Shown here: in pieces, positions 8,972 to 17,165 of the stretch
How positions within the stretch are numbered: the first letter of the stretch is position 1
Layout: each line of letters begins with the position of its first letter
NCBI GenBank assembly: GCA_005878985.1
Contig: VBMA01000079.1
Coordinates: 1 to 42,487 of the forward strand
Length of the DNA: 42,487 nt
From: Methanobacteriota archaeon
GTDB lineage: Archaea; Thermoplasmatota; Thermoplasmata; RBG-16-68-12
Direction of reading: 5' to 3'
Notes under the pieces: generated by a model
The model's database searches: none
The model's input: the letters and a program-made list of their open reading frames with translations, nothing else
What the model was told of the DNA's origin: nothing
Program-made: the position numbers and the translations under genes

Positions 8972-10888
8972 GCCCAACGCGCGATCGGCGCACGAGGCGG
9001 CTTCGTCGAATCGCCCGAGCTTCGTGAGGACAAAGCCCATGTTCACCCACGCGCCCCGGTACCGCGCATCGATCTCGAGGGCGCGCTCGTAGCATCCGAG
9101 CGCCTCGTCGAACTTCCCGAGGCGTGCGAGCGCGTTTCCCTTGTTGTTCCATGCGACCTCATAGGCGGGGTTCACCTTGATCGCGGCGTTGAAGCAACGC
9201 AGCGCGTCGATGAGACGACCAAGCTTCGTGAACGCGTTCCCCTTGTTCAACCAAGCGACCTCGTTGTGCGGGTTGATGTCGAGTGCCCGGTCAATCGCAC
9301 GCAGCGCCTCGTCGTACCGGCCGAGGAGGATGAGCGTCGCCCCCTTGCCGTACCACGGCATCTCCGCCCCCGTGACCCCCGGGCGCGCCGTGGCGATCGC
9401 GCGATCGTAATCCGCGAGTGATTGTTCGTAGTCTTTACGTCCCATGTCCCGCTCCGCTCGGACGAGTTGCCGCCGAAGGGTCGACGCCGAGTTTCGGCGC
9501 AAGATTTCCGCGGCCGCCAAGGCTGCAGGCCAAGGCATCGCTGCCCCGATGCCCGCGATCCACGGAACGCTCATTGCGTACGTGGAATCGATGACGGTGG
9601 CGACCGCATGACCGATGATGGGAACCGCGCTCGCGATAGCTAGCAGGATTCGATGAGGACCCCAGACCAGGTTCCGCGTGGCCCCGGCGAACGGTAGCAT
9701 GCCGACCAACGTGAGGCCGACCGCGGCGTTCGCGTCGAGCGGCAGCCCGCGCAAGAGCACCGCACTGATCGCGAGAATGGAACCTGCGGCCAGGAGCGCT
9801 CCGTCGAACCGAGGCGGCCCGGGACTCCGGCTTCGAACATACTCTGCAGCGAGACATGCGCTCAGACCGACGAGGAACGCGGCGATCCCTCCGCTGACGA
9901 GGGGCTGGTTCAGCACGCCCGCGAGGAGGAGGCTCGTCGATGCGGCGAGGACGAGCCCGCCGGCGGTCTCTGCGGTGACTCGAAGCTGGGCCTTGGGGCG
10001 GGTATTCTTTCGCGGGCTTCGCCCAGGAATTCCGGGCCGCATGCGGACCTTCGGAGATGGCGACGAAGCAATCGTAGCCGGTCCGGACGTCCCCGCTCCG
10101 ACCGTGAGGGGAGGCGCGAACTCTCCCGAGGGCGCGGGCTTGATCTCAGGCCGTTGCGGCATGGACTTCGGATGAACGGGCGGCGGACTCGGTGGGCGCG
10201 AGGCTAGTGGCTTGTCGGGGGCCGGCGCGGGTCTGAGAGGAGCGATTGCCGTCTTCACGGACGCGAGTGCGGGTTTCGAACTTGCGACGACCGGCACTGC
10301 AGGTGGTCGGGGGACATCGGAAACAGGCGGCCGCAACTCTTGGATGAACTCGTCGACCTTGTCGAGCACGGTGTTGACGGGAGCCGTCGCCGTTGCCTGT
10401 AGCCGGCTCGGGGTCTCTGTGGCGGCCAACGGGCTGGATTCCTTCGTCTCTCGCAGGGGTCCCCCGCAGACCTCGCATTCCTCCAGCTCGGGGTCGTTGT
10501 CCGCCCTACAGATGGGGCAGAGGCGCAAGTCCAGGATGTCCGCTTCCATGTCTTCCACGGTCGGCTCCGCCTCAAATTCGGCGGCACACCGCGGACACTT
10601 CGCGTCGCCCGACGCAACGAAGCCGCCGCAATTCGTGCAGATGAACAGGAGCCCGACCTCACCCTTCTCCAGCACTCCGTTCGGATCCCGGTCCCGCAGC
10701 TGCTTCGTATGGCGGAACCCGGCCTCGAACAGTTTCATGGCTTTCTCGCGGTCGAGCCCGAAGGCTCGGCTGAGCCGGACGACGGCCTCGTCGATGACAA
10801 AGGCCCCGCAGTTCGCGCACTCCGTCTCGTCGGGAGGCATGGGCTCCGCGCAGACGGGACACAGGACCCGGGCCTGCTTCCCGGGCAT
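8939..10888 (-). CDS. Zinc-ribbon / HhH-like / multi-TM / TPR membrane protein
   Basis: Three CxxC..CxxC pairs (CPVC-CANC, CTNC-CPRC, CPIC-CEVC), an HhH-like segment (FGLDREKAMKLFEAGFRHTKQL), a Pro-rich linker, about 6 hydrophobic segments, and 4-5 C-terminal TPRs (AWLNKGNA..LGR..AL.CF..A). Start taken at ATG 10888. Confidence 0.8.
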   Translation of the reverse strand: MPGKQARVLCPVCAEPMPPDETECANCGAFVIDEAVVRLSRAFGLDREKAMKLFEAGFRHTKQLRDRDPNGVLEKGEVGLLFICTNCGGFVASGDAKCPRCAAEFEAEPTVEDMEADILDLRLCPICRADNDPELEECEVCGGPLRETKESSPLAATETPSRLQATATAPVNTVLDKVDEFIQELRPPVSDVPRPPAVPVVASSKPALASVKTAIAPLRPAPAPDKPLASRPPSPPPVHPKSMPQRPEIKPAPSGEFAPPLTVGAGTSGPATIASSPSPKVRMRPGIPGRSPRKNTRPKAQLRVTAETAGGLVLAASTSLLLAGVLNQPLVSGGIAAFLVGLSACLAAEYVRSRSPGPPRFDGALLAAGSILAISAVLLRGLPLDANAAVGLTLVGMLPFAGATRNLVWGPHRILLAIASAVPIIGHAVATVIDSTYAMSVPWIAGIGAAMPWPAALAAAEILRRNSASTLRRQLVRAERDMGRKDYEQSLADYDRAIATARPGVTGAEMPWYGKGATLILLGRYDEALRAIDRALDINPHNEVAWLNKGNAFTKLGRLIDALRCFNAAIKVNPAYEVAWNNKGNALARLGKFDEALGCYERALEIDARYRGAWVNMGFVLTKLGRFDEAASCADRALGLEPGRRAEPI

Positions 10889-10999
10889 CGACGCGGATTC
10901 GAGCCGTCCGGCGGACCATAAACCCGCGGTCCCCGTTGTCAGGGTCGATAGTCGGCCCTCCGCGTTCTTAAGTAGCGCACCGGCCTTCGCACACCATCG

Positions 11000-11731
11000 A
11001 TGGCCTCGAACCTGGATTTCCTGGTCGCTTTTCTGATGGGGATCCTGCCTGGCCTCGTCATCCTCTGGGCCTCGCTCCGACGCTTCGATCGACCGCACGT
11101 GGACCACACGCTGTTCGACGACCGCCGCGTCTTCGGAAGCCTCGCCGTCGGTCTCATCTTCGGGACCGTCGCGAGTGTCTTCGCCATCGTGCTGCCCCGC
11201 GGCGATCTCGCTTCGTTCGCGGTCGTCGTCGCGGTTAGCTTTGTCTTCGAGGAGTCATTCAAGCTCGTTTGGCTGAACCGCCGGAGCTACCGAGGTCGCT
11301 TCGACACGACTTTCTACGGCGTCCCTTTGGGGCTCGGGGCCGCCGCGAGCGGCGTCGTCGCGGCGGCCTGGGCGTCGCGGGAGATCCTGTACGTTCCGGA
11401 GACGTTCGTGTTGCTCGTTCTGTACTCGATCAGCCTCGGCCTGGTGAACGCCGACACCGGGGCGTTGATTGGCTTCGGGGCTTCCCGGGGTGACACGTGG
11501 CGCGCGTTCTTGAAGGCCGTCGGCGTCCGCCTCGCGCACGGAGCCTTCCTCTCTCCCTTCCTTCTCCAAGTCGACGAACCGTACGCGGCCCTTTCCGTCG
11601 TCACTTCCGCGGGTTTTGCCCTCCTGATTTACTATTACGTCTACCGAGAGATCCTGCCGGGCACGCTGCCTGACGACATCCGTCGGGAGCTGAGGCGAGA
11701 GCGGCGCCGCGCCCCGGTGGCTAGGGATTGA
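11000..11731 (+). CDS. PrsW-like intramembrane (glutamic/metallo) protease family membrane protein
   Basis: Polytopic membrane protein with EESFK (the EExxK motif), a downstream G..LGLG helix and a late His (RLAHG). The match to the family is only partial. Confidence 0.55.
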   Translation: MASNLDFLVAFLMGILPGLVILWASLRRFDRPHVDHTLFDDRRVFGSLAVGLIFGTVASVFAIVLPRGDLASFAVVVAVSFVFEESFKLVWLNRRSYRGRFDTTFYGVPLGLGAAASGVVAAAWASREILYVPETFVLLVLYSISLGLVNADTGALIGFGASRGDTWRAFLKAVGVRLAHGAFLSPFLLQVDEPYAALSVVTSAGFALLIYYYVYREILPGTLPDDIRRELRRERRRAPVARD

Positions 11732-12197
11732 GGACCACGGCGCGGTAGAACCCGGCCTTCGGTTCGAAGACGGTGTTCTCCTCGACGAGTGTCGCGAGCG
11801 CTTCCGCAGGGTGTGGGATTCCCAAGCCGGCGAGGACCCGTTCCCAGTCGGACCTCGAGAAGACCTCGAGTTCCCGCGTGAGCTCGACCGCGGCGGATCG
11901 CAGGCGACTTGCGCGGTCGCGCCCCTTTCCGGCAACGGCGATGACGCGAACGTGGACATCGCGGGATCGCCTCCGACGGACCGGCGTCTGGGCCCGCCGA
12001 TACTCCTCGGTACCACCCCCGAGCTCCGCGCTCACTTTCCCCACGAGCGGCGCGAGCTCCCGCGCGGTCTCCGCTCGGGCGCGTATCCGCGCTGGGATGA
12101 CGTGAATCTCAAACCCGCATTGACACTTCGTCGTCTTCTGCTTGAGATTCACTCCTTTCGCGCGCTTACATCGCGGGCAGACGACGACTCCGTACAT
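11721..12197 (-). CDS. Zinc-ribbon protein (DUF1922-like) with C-terminal helical/wHTH-like region
   Basis: MYGVVVCPRC...TTKCQCG N-terminus. The ATG at 12197 lies 2 nt after the pdaD stop, suggesting an operon. Confidence 0.7.
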   Translation of the reverse strand: MYGVVVCPRCKRAKGVNLKQKTTKCQCGFEIHVIPARIRARAETARELAPLVGKVSAELGGGTEEYRRAQTPVRRRRSRDVHVRVIAVAGKGRDRASRLRSAAVELTRELEVFSRSDWERVLAGLGIPHPAEALATLVEENTVFEPKAGFYRAVVLNP

Positions 12198-12199
12198 GC

Positions 12200-12667
12200 T
12201 CAGGCAAGAAACACGAGCGCCGCCAAGCATGCGCCGTAGTGGTCCATCGGGATGCTCAGGTCCTCGATTCGGTAGTCGATTCGACGGAACTTGATCCCGC
12301 GCAGCTTCGCCATCTCCCCCATCTTCCACTCCATCACCTCGCGAAGCGAATTCTTGGTCCCGTGCATATGGCCTTCCGCGACGTATCCGCCGTAGTCGTC
12401 GTCCCGGAAGCCGTACGCGATGCCCGCGGAAATCGTCTCGCCCTCCCCGCCTCGCTGCTGGGCGAGGACGCAATGGGTGATCGCGCCCATCGGGAGGTCT
12501 CGCCTCCGGACCGGTCGGATGCCCACAGGGAGGACCGACGAGACGGAGACGATGTTCTGCTCCGCTAACCCCGCGTTTTGGAGCGCCTCATCAAACGCGT
12601 TCAGGTCCGAGACCTTCGAGACCGCCTTGCCCGACGTGACGAAGAATTTCGTGGGAATCGGCAACAT
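12200..12667 (-). CDS. pdaD: Pyruvoyl-dependent arginine decarboxylase
   Basis: IPTKFFVTSG, LNAFDEAL..AG...NIVSVSSVLP with the Ser-Ser self-cleavage site, and GYVAE. Confidence 0.92.
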   Translation of the reverse strand: MLPIPTKFFVTSGKAVSKVSDLNAFDEALQNAGLAEQNIVSVSSVLPVGIRPVRRRDLPMGAITHCVLAQQRGGEGETISAGIAYGFRDDDYGGYVAEGHMHGTKNSLREVMEWKMGEMAKLRGIKFRRIDYRIEDLSIPMDHYGACLAALVFLA

Positions 12668-12700
12668 GTGCTCTGCGAACGCGCCGCATTGCCGAGGGAG

Positions 12701-12715
12701 ACTTAAGGGTTTGCG
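12701..12715 (-). promoter_or_regulatory. Putative BRE/TATA promoter of pdaD
   Basis: Minus strand reads CGCAAACCCTTAAGT, about 34 nt upstream of the ATG. Confidence 0.55.
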
Positions 12716-12739
12716 AGACGGGGTCCGCCAGACCGCGGG

Positions 12740-12759
12740 AATAATATTGTAATATTATT
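12740..12759. repeat. Perfect AT-only inverted repeat AATAATATT-GT-AATATTATT
   Basis: The 9-bp arms are exact reverse complements with a 2-bp spacer. It sits in a ~27-bp AT island between the GNAT stop and the pdaD promoter. Confidence 0.9.
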
Positions 12760-12764
12760 ATTTA

Positions 12765-13253
12765 TCAGGTTGGATGGCTCGTGGCCGTCAACGGAGGCGC
12801 CGCTGCGGAGGAGGTCGTCGAGACGATCGCTTTGTGCATGCTGTATGCATCCTCGCCCCACGAGTAGTATCCGTACAACACGCCGTCCGTGCGGTAGCCG
12901 AGTCGACGGTAGAATTCGATGGCCACGAGGTTCTTCGTACTCACTTCGAGTCGGATCGCCGACAGGCCTCGTTCGCGGCACACGGCCTCGGCGGCTTGCA
13001 TCATCTGCGTCCCGATCCCATGCCGCCGGGCCTTCGGGGCGACCGCCACCGACAGGACGCGGCACACATGCCCCTCGAAGAGGAGCATCATCGCGGCGGT
13101 CACCGCTTTCCGGCCGTCCTCGACGAGTGTGAGGGCCCGCTCGTTCCGCAGGATCCAGTCGACGTGATCGCGGCGGAAGCGGTGCTCCCGAAAGCAGAGT
13201 ATCTCGAACCGGTACAGTGCATCGAGATCATTGGGCCCGGCAACGCGGAACAA
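12765..13253 (-). CDS. GNAT family N-acetyltransferase (RimI-like)
   Basis: VAVAPKARRHGIG (acetyl-CoA loop), LEVSTKN..AIEFYRRLGY and YY..GEDAYSM. Confidence 0.9.
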   Translation of the reverse strand: MFRVAGPNDLDALYRFEILCFREHRFRRDHVDWILRNERALTLVEDGRKAVTAAMMLLFEGHVCRVLSVAVAPKARRHGIGTQMMQAAEAVCRERGLSAIRLEVSTKNLVAIEFYRRLGYRTDGVLYGYYSWGEDAYSMHKAIVSTTSSAAAPPLTATSHPT

Positions 13254-13337
13254 GGCGCGGTCAAACCGCGGGCCTGCTTATTCTCCTTTTCGACCGCGAA
13301 AGAGTAATCTAGACCCATCCAAATGGGGCGGGGGTTC

Positions 13338-14627
13338 ATGGTCTCGATCGCGGAAATCCTGAAGGGACGCCATACCGGCAAAGAAGTCGAGCTGCGAGGC
13401 TGGATCTACCGCACCCGATCCGTCGGCGGCAAGGCGTTCGTCGTGGTCCGCGACGCGACTGGCATTGTCCAGGTGGCCCTGTCCCGCGACTCCGTGCCGC
13501 CCGACGCATTCGGGGCGGCGGAGAAGGCGCTCATCGAATCCGCCGTCCTCGTGCGCGGGAAGGTCGTTGAGGACAAACGCGCCCCGGGTGGTTTCGAAAT
13601 CCGCGCGGATGATTTCAAGGTCATCCACTTCGCGGAGAAATTCCCGATCCAGGAGGACCTGAGCGAGGAGTTCCTCCTCGATGTTCGCCACCTCTGGGTG
13701 CGATCCCAGAGGATGACGGCGATCTTCCGGATCCGACATACGACGTTCGGCGCGGTCCACGAGTACTTCCGGGACCACGGTTTCTGGGAGGTCCACCCGC
13801 CGATGATCACGCCCTCCGGCAGCGAAGGGGGCTCGACGCTGTTCGAGCTCGACTACTTCGGGCGGAAGGCGCACTTGACCCAGTCCTGGCAGCTCTATGC
13901 GGAAGCCCTCGTCCTCGCCATGGAGAAGATCTACTACATCGGGCCGTCGTTCCGCGCGGAGAAGTCCCGGACCACGCGGCATCTGACGGAATACTGGCAT
14001 GCGGAGATGGAACAGGCGTGGGCCGGCATGGACGACGTGATCAAGCACGCGGAGGGGGCGATCTCGCATGCGTGCCAGCGGGTCGCCGAAGAGCGGCCGG
14101 ACGACGTCGTCGCGATGGGCCGCACGCCGGAGTTCTTGAAGGCCGTGAAGCCGCCGTTTGAGCGCATGACCTACGACGACGCGCTGAAGATCCTGAAGAA
14201 GCAAGGGATGGACATTGAATGGGGCAAGGACCTCCGCACCCTCGAGGAGCGGGCCCTCACGGAAGGCAAGTCGAAGCCGATCATCGTGACTCACTATCCG
14301 CGGGTCACCCAGGCGTTCTACAAGGCCCGGGATCCGAAGCATCCGGACCTCGTCCTCGCGTTCGATCTGATCGGCGGCGATGGCGTCGGCGAGATCGTGG
14401 GGGGCAGCGAGCGCGAGACGGACCTGGAGGCGATCAAGAAGGGCCTCAAGGAACAGGGAGAGGACCCGAAGGCGTACGATTGGTATCTCGACTCCCGCCG
14501 CTTCGGCAGCGTCCAACACGCCGGCTTCGGGATGGGAATGGAACGCCTCATCCAGTGGATCTGCAAGCTCGATCATATCCGCGACGCGGTGCCGTTCCCG
14601 CGGACGCCGGCGCGGTTCGCGCCGTGA
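13338..14627 (+). CDS. asnS: Asparagine--tRNA ligase
   Basis: OB-fold RGWIYR, LTQSWQLY.E, motif 2 GPSFRAEKSRTTRHLTEYW, EIVGGSERE and motif 3 HAGFGMGMERL. The start could be 13323 or 13338. Confidence 0.93.
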   Translation: MVSIAEILKGRHTGKEVELRGWIYRTRSVGGKAFVVVRDATGIVQVALSRDSVPPDAFGAAEKALIESAVLVRGKVVEDKRAPGGFEIRADDFKVIHFAEKFPIQEDLSEEFLLDVRHLWVRSQRMTAIFRIRHTTFGAVHEYFRDHGFWEVHPPMITPSGSEGGSTLFELDYFGRKAHLTQSWQLYAEALVLAMEKIYYIGPSFRAEKSRTTRHLTEYWHAEMEQAWAGMDDVIKHAEGAISHACQRVAEERPDDVVAMGRTPEFLKAVKPPFERMTYDDALKILKKQGMDIEWGKDLRTLEERALTEGKSKPIIVTHYPRVTQAFYKARDPKHPDLVLAFDLIGGDGVGEIVGGSERETDLEAIKKGLKEQGEDPKAYDWYLDSRRFGSVQHAGFGMGMERLIQWICKLDHIRDAVPFPRTPARFAP

Positions 14628-14666
14628 GGCGTAGGCTTTTAGGACGACAGGCGGTAAGCGCGAGCG

Positions 14667-15167
14667 ATGGGCGAGACGCCTGACGATCCGTTCGCTCCGC
14701 TCGTGGCGGTTCACGAGGATTTCGTCGACAAGCTCACCGAACTCGAGGCGACCTTGGACGAGATGATGGCCACCCGCGAGACGCGCGAAGGGAACGAGAT
14801 CATCCTCGATGAGGCCGTTCGATTCTTCGAGGAGGAACTGATTCCCCACCTCCGCTTGGAGGACGAGGCGGTCGTCCCTGCCATCGAAAAGGCGATCGGT
14901 CGGTACGGGACGCTGGTGACCGTCGTCATGTACGAGCACGAGGAGATTCGGCGCGGGGTCGCAAAGTTTGAGGAGGCCCGGGACGACCTGCGTCGCCTCC
15001 CGGATTCATGGCCATCCATCCAGGAACTGAATCGCCACGGGATTTTCCTCGTCCAGTTCCTCTGGGACCATTTCCGCAAGGAGAACACGAGCCTCTTCCC
15101 GACCGCCCGGAAGGTCCTCTCCCCGGATGCGCTGCGAAACGTTACGGAACGGATTTCAGTCCGGTGA
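14667..15167 (+). CDS. Hemerythrin/HHE cation-binding domain protein
   Basis: Helical protein with H...HLRLEDE...EHEEI...HFRKEN.LFP ligand pattern. Confidence 0.85.
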   Translation: MGETPDDPFAPLVAVHEDFVDKLTELEATLDEMMATRETREGNEIILDEAVRFFEEELIPHLRLEDEAVVPAIEKAIGRYGTLVTVVMYEHEEIRRGVAKFEEARDDLRRLPDSWPSIQELNRHGIFLVQFLWDHFRKENTSLFPTARKVLSPDALRNVTERISVR

Positions 15168-15605
15168 GCGACCCAACGCCGCGCGGATCTTCACCGCGAA
15201 ACCGTCCAGCTCGGTGCGATCAGCGATGCGGCCATAATCTGCGCGGACGCGCAGCCCAAACGCATCGCCTCGCCATCGCGGGATCAGATGCAGGTGCACG
15301 TGGAACACCTCCTGTCCGGCTTCCGTTCCGTTCGCGAGGTAGAAGGTCACCGCCTCGCATCGGATCCCGCTCATGCGCATGGCGCGGGAGATTTCCCTCG
15401 CCGCTTCGAGGATCGGCCCGACGGCCTCGGGCGGCAGGTCCTCGACGTACGCGGCATGGGCCTTCGGGATCACGAGCACGTGGCCCGGGTTCATCGGTCG
15501 GAAGTCCATGAACGCGAGCGTCGACGAATCATCGCGGACAATGCTTGCTGGAACCTCCCGGCGTACGATCTTGCAGAAGATGCAGTCGCGGGCCGAGGCG
15601 GCCAT
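15156..15605 (-). CDS. HIT family hydrolase (Hint-like)
   Basis: CIFCKI, PMNPGHVLVIPK and histidine triad HVHLHLIPR. Confidence 0.95.
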   Translation of the reverse strand: MAASARDCIFCKIVRREVPASIVRDDSSTLAFMDFRPMNPGHVLVIPKAHAAYVEDLPPEAVGPILEAAREISRAMRMSGIRCEAVTFYLANGTEAGQEVFHVHLHLIPRWRGDAFGLRVRADYGRIADRTELDGFAVKIRAALGRSPD

Positions 15606-15617
15606 GGGTCGGACCTC

Positions 15618-16778
15618 TCACTTTTTCGAAGAGGGCCCGAGGATCTGCTCCGCGATGATCAGCTTCTGAATCTCGTTCGTGCCCTCGTACAGCCCGAGGA
15701 TGCGTGCATCGCGGAAATATCGCTCCACGTCGAAGTCGCCGCTGAATCCATATCCACCGTGCACTTGGACGGCCCAGTCCGTGACCCGTTGGGCCATTTG
15801 GGCCCCGTACAGCTTGGCCATCGAGACCTCGATCGTATTGTCTTGACCGAGATCCCGGAGGTGAGCGGCCCGCAGGGTGAGCAGGCGCGCGGCGTCAATC
15901 TCGACCGCCGACTGCGCGATCATTTCCCGGATCAACTGGAAGTCGCCGATCGGCCGCCCGAAAGCCTTGCGATCTTTCACGTACTTCGACGCGGCTTCGA
16001 GGGCGGCTCGCGCCACGCCGACGGCACCGGCCGCGATGCCGATCCGGCCGCTGTTCAGGGTCCGCATCGCCTGGTTCCAGCCGTCCCCTTTCTTGCCGAT
16101 GAGGTTCTCCTTCGGGATGCGGCAGTCCTCGAACGCGAGGTCCGCGGTGGGGCTCGCACGCAATCCGAGCTTCGTCGTCGTCTCGACGTGAGTGACCTTG
16201 AAACCGGGTGTGTCCTTCGGCACCAGGAAGAGCGAGATCCCTTCGTGGCGCTTCGTCCCGGGCTCCCGCGCGTACACCTGGATGTAGTCCGCGATACTCC
16301 CGTTCGAGATGAACCGTTTCTGGCCGTTCAGCACCCACTCCTTTCCGTCGAGGCGCGCGGTCGTTGCCAGATTCCCTGCGTCGCTCCCCGCCTCGGGTTC
16401 CGTGATCGCCCACGCCCCGAACCGCTCCCCCTTCGCGAGCGGCACGAGCCAGGCTTCCTTCTGCGCCTCCGAGCCGAACCACATGAGGGACGTCTCGCTC
16501 AGGGACGTCTGGACCGAAACGGTCGTGCGCACAGACGACGAACCGCGGCTGATCTCCTCGACGAGTAGCATGAAGGAGACGTAGTCCATCCCCGCCCCGC
16601 CGTACTTCTCGGGCACGGGTGCCCCGAGGAAACCGAGTCCCGCCATCTTGCGGTAGAAGGACTTCGGGATCTCGCCTTTCCCCTCCCAGTCCCGGACGTG
16701 CGGGATGAGCTCTCGATCGACGAAATCCCGCGCAGTGTCGCGGACGAGCCTTTGCTCTTCCGTCAACCGAAAGTCCAT
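15618..16778 (-). CDS. Acyl-CoA dehydrogenase
   Basis: AITEPEAGSD, LNGQKRFISNG, R.AFGRPI.DFQ, QVHGGYG and YEGTNEIQ. Confidence 0.95.
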   Translation of the reverse strand: MDFRLTEEQRLVRDTARDFVDRELIPHVRDWEGKGEIPKSFYRKMAGLGFLGAPVPEKYGGAGMDYVSFMLLVEEISRGSSSVRTTVSVQTSLSETSLMWFGSEAQKEAWLVPLAKGERFGAWAITEPEAGSDAGNLATTARLDGKEWVLNGQKRFISNGSIADYIQVYAREPGTKRHEGISLFLVPKDTPGFKVTHVETTTKLGLRASPTADLAFEDCRIPKENLIGKKGDGWNQAMRTLNSGRIGIAAGAVGVARAALEAASKYVKDRKAFGRPIGDFQLIREMIAQSAVEIDAARLLTLRAAHLRDLGQDNTIEVSMAKLYGAQMAQRVTDWAVQVHGGYGFSGDFDVERYFRDARILGLYEGTNEIQKLIIAEQILGPSSKK

Positions 16779-16812
16779 CGGGCAGCCTCCCGCGGCCTAA
16801 GCTGCGCTATTC

Positions 16813-16825
16813 GCATAAACTTTCG
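16813..16825 (-). promoter_or_regulatory. Putative BRE/TATA promoter of acyl-CoA dehydrogenase-HIT operon
   Basis: Minus strand CGAAAGTTTATGC, about 35 nt upstream of ATG 16778. Confidence 0.55.
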
Positions 16826-16854
16826 GAGGCTGCGGGGACGAACCGGCTCGGCGA

Positions 16855-17043
16855 TCAGCGGATCGAGTAGATCGGCGTGCGCGTGATGTGGATCGCCCAA
16901 ACTCGGCTGGCTTGCAGGCCGGAGATTTGGCTGCAGGCCTTGCACCGCGTGAACTCCGCGTTCACGTTGGAGCCGAATCTTTCGGCATCCGCGTGGGGGC
17001 AGCTTTCTCGGCCGGGTTGGCGTTCCAGGGTCATGGCGCACAT
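16855..17043 (-). CDS. Putative small Cys/His zinc-finger protein (62 aa)
   Basis: CPH...CKAC pattern. It fills an otherwise empty gap of about 390 bp, with an SD-like GGAG 9-12 nt upstream and TATA-like CTATTTAC about 50 nt upstream. Confidence 0.5.
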   Translation of the reverse strand: MCAMTLERQPGRESCPHADAERFGSNVNAEFTRCKACSQISGLQASRVWAIHITRTPIYSIR

Positions 17044-17165
17044 GGTTGGGTCTCCTGATTTGTCCTTGACCTGTCCGACCGGAGCGCGCCGTAAATAGCC
17101 TGTGACCCGCCTCTCACTGCTGATTCTCGTAATCCTTAATGGGCGACGCTCGGATACGCGAACCG

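Noticed and set aside
12735-12765. AT palindrome as a Xer dif site or replication origin
   Set aside because: It does not fit the 11-6-11 dif layout as I recall it, and there are no ORB motifs, cdc6 or xerA nearby. I kept it only as an unexplained palindrome.
16779-17165. Largest intergenic gaps (also 593-746, 21500-21670, 37486-37629) examined for tRNA or other RNA genes
   Set aside because: No cloverleaf with T-loop GTTCRA and acceptor stem was recognised. A covariance-model search would be needed to exclude small RNAs.
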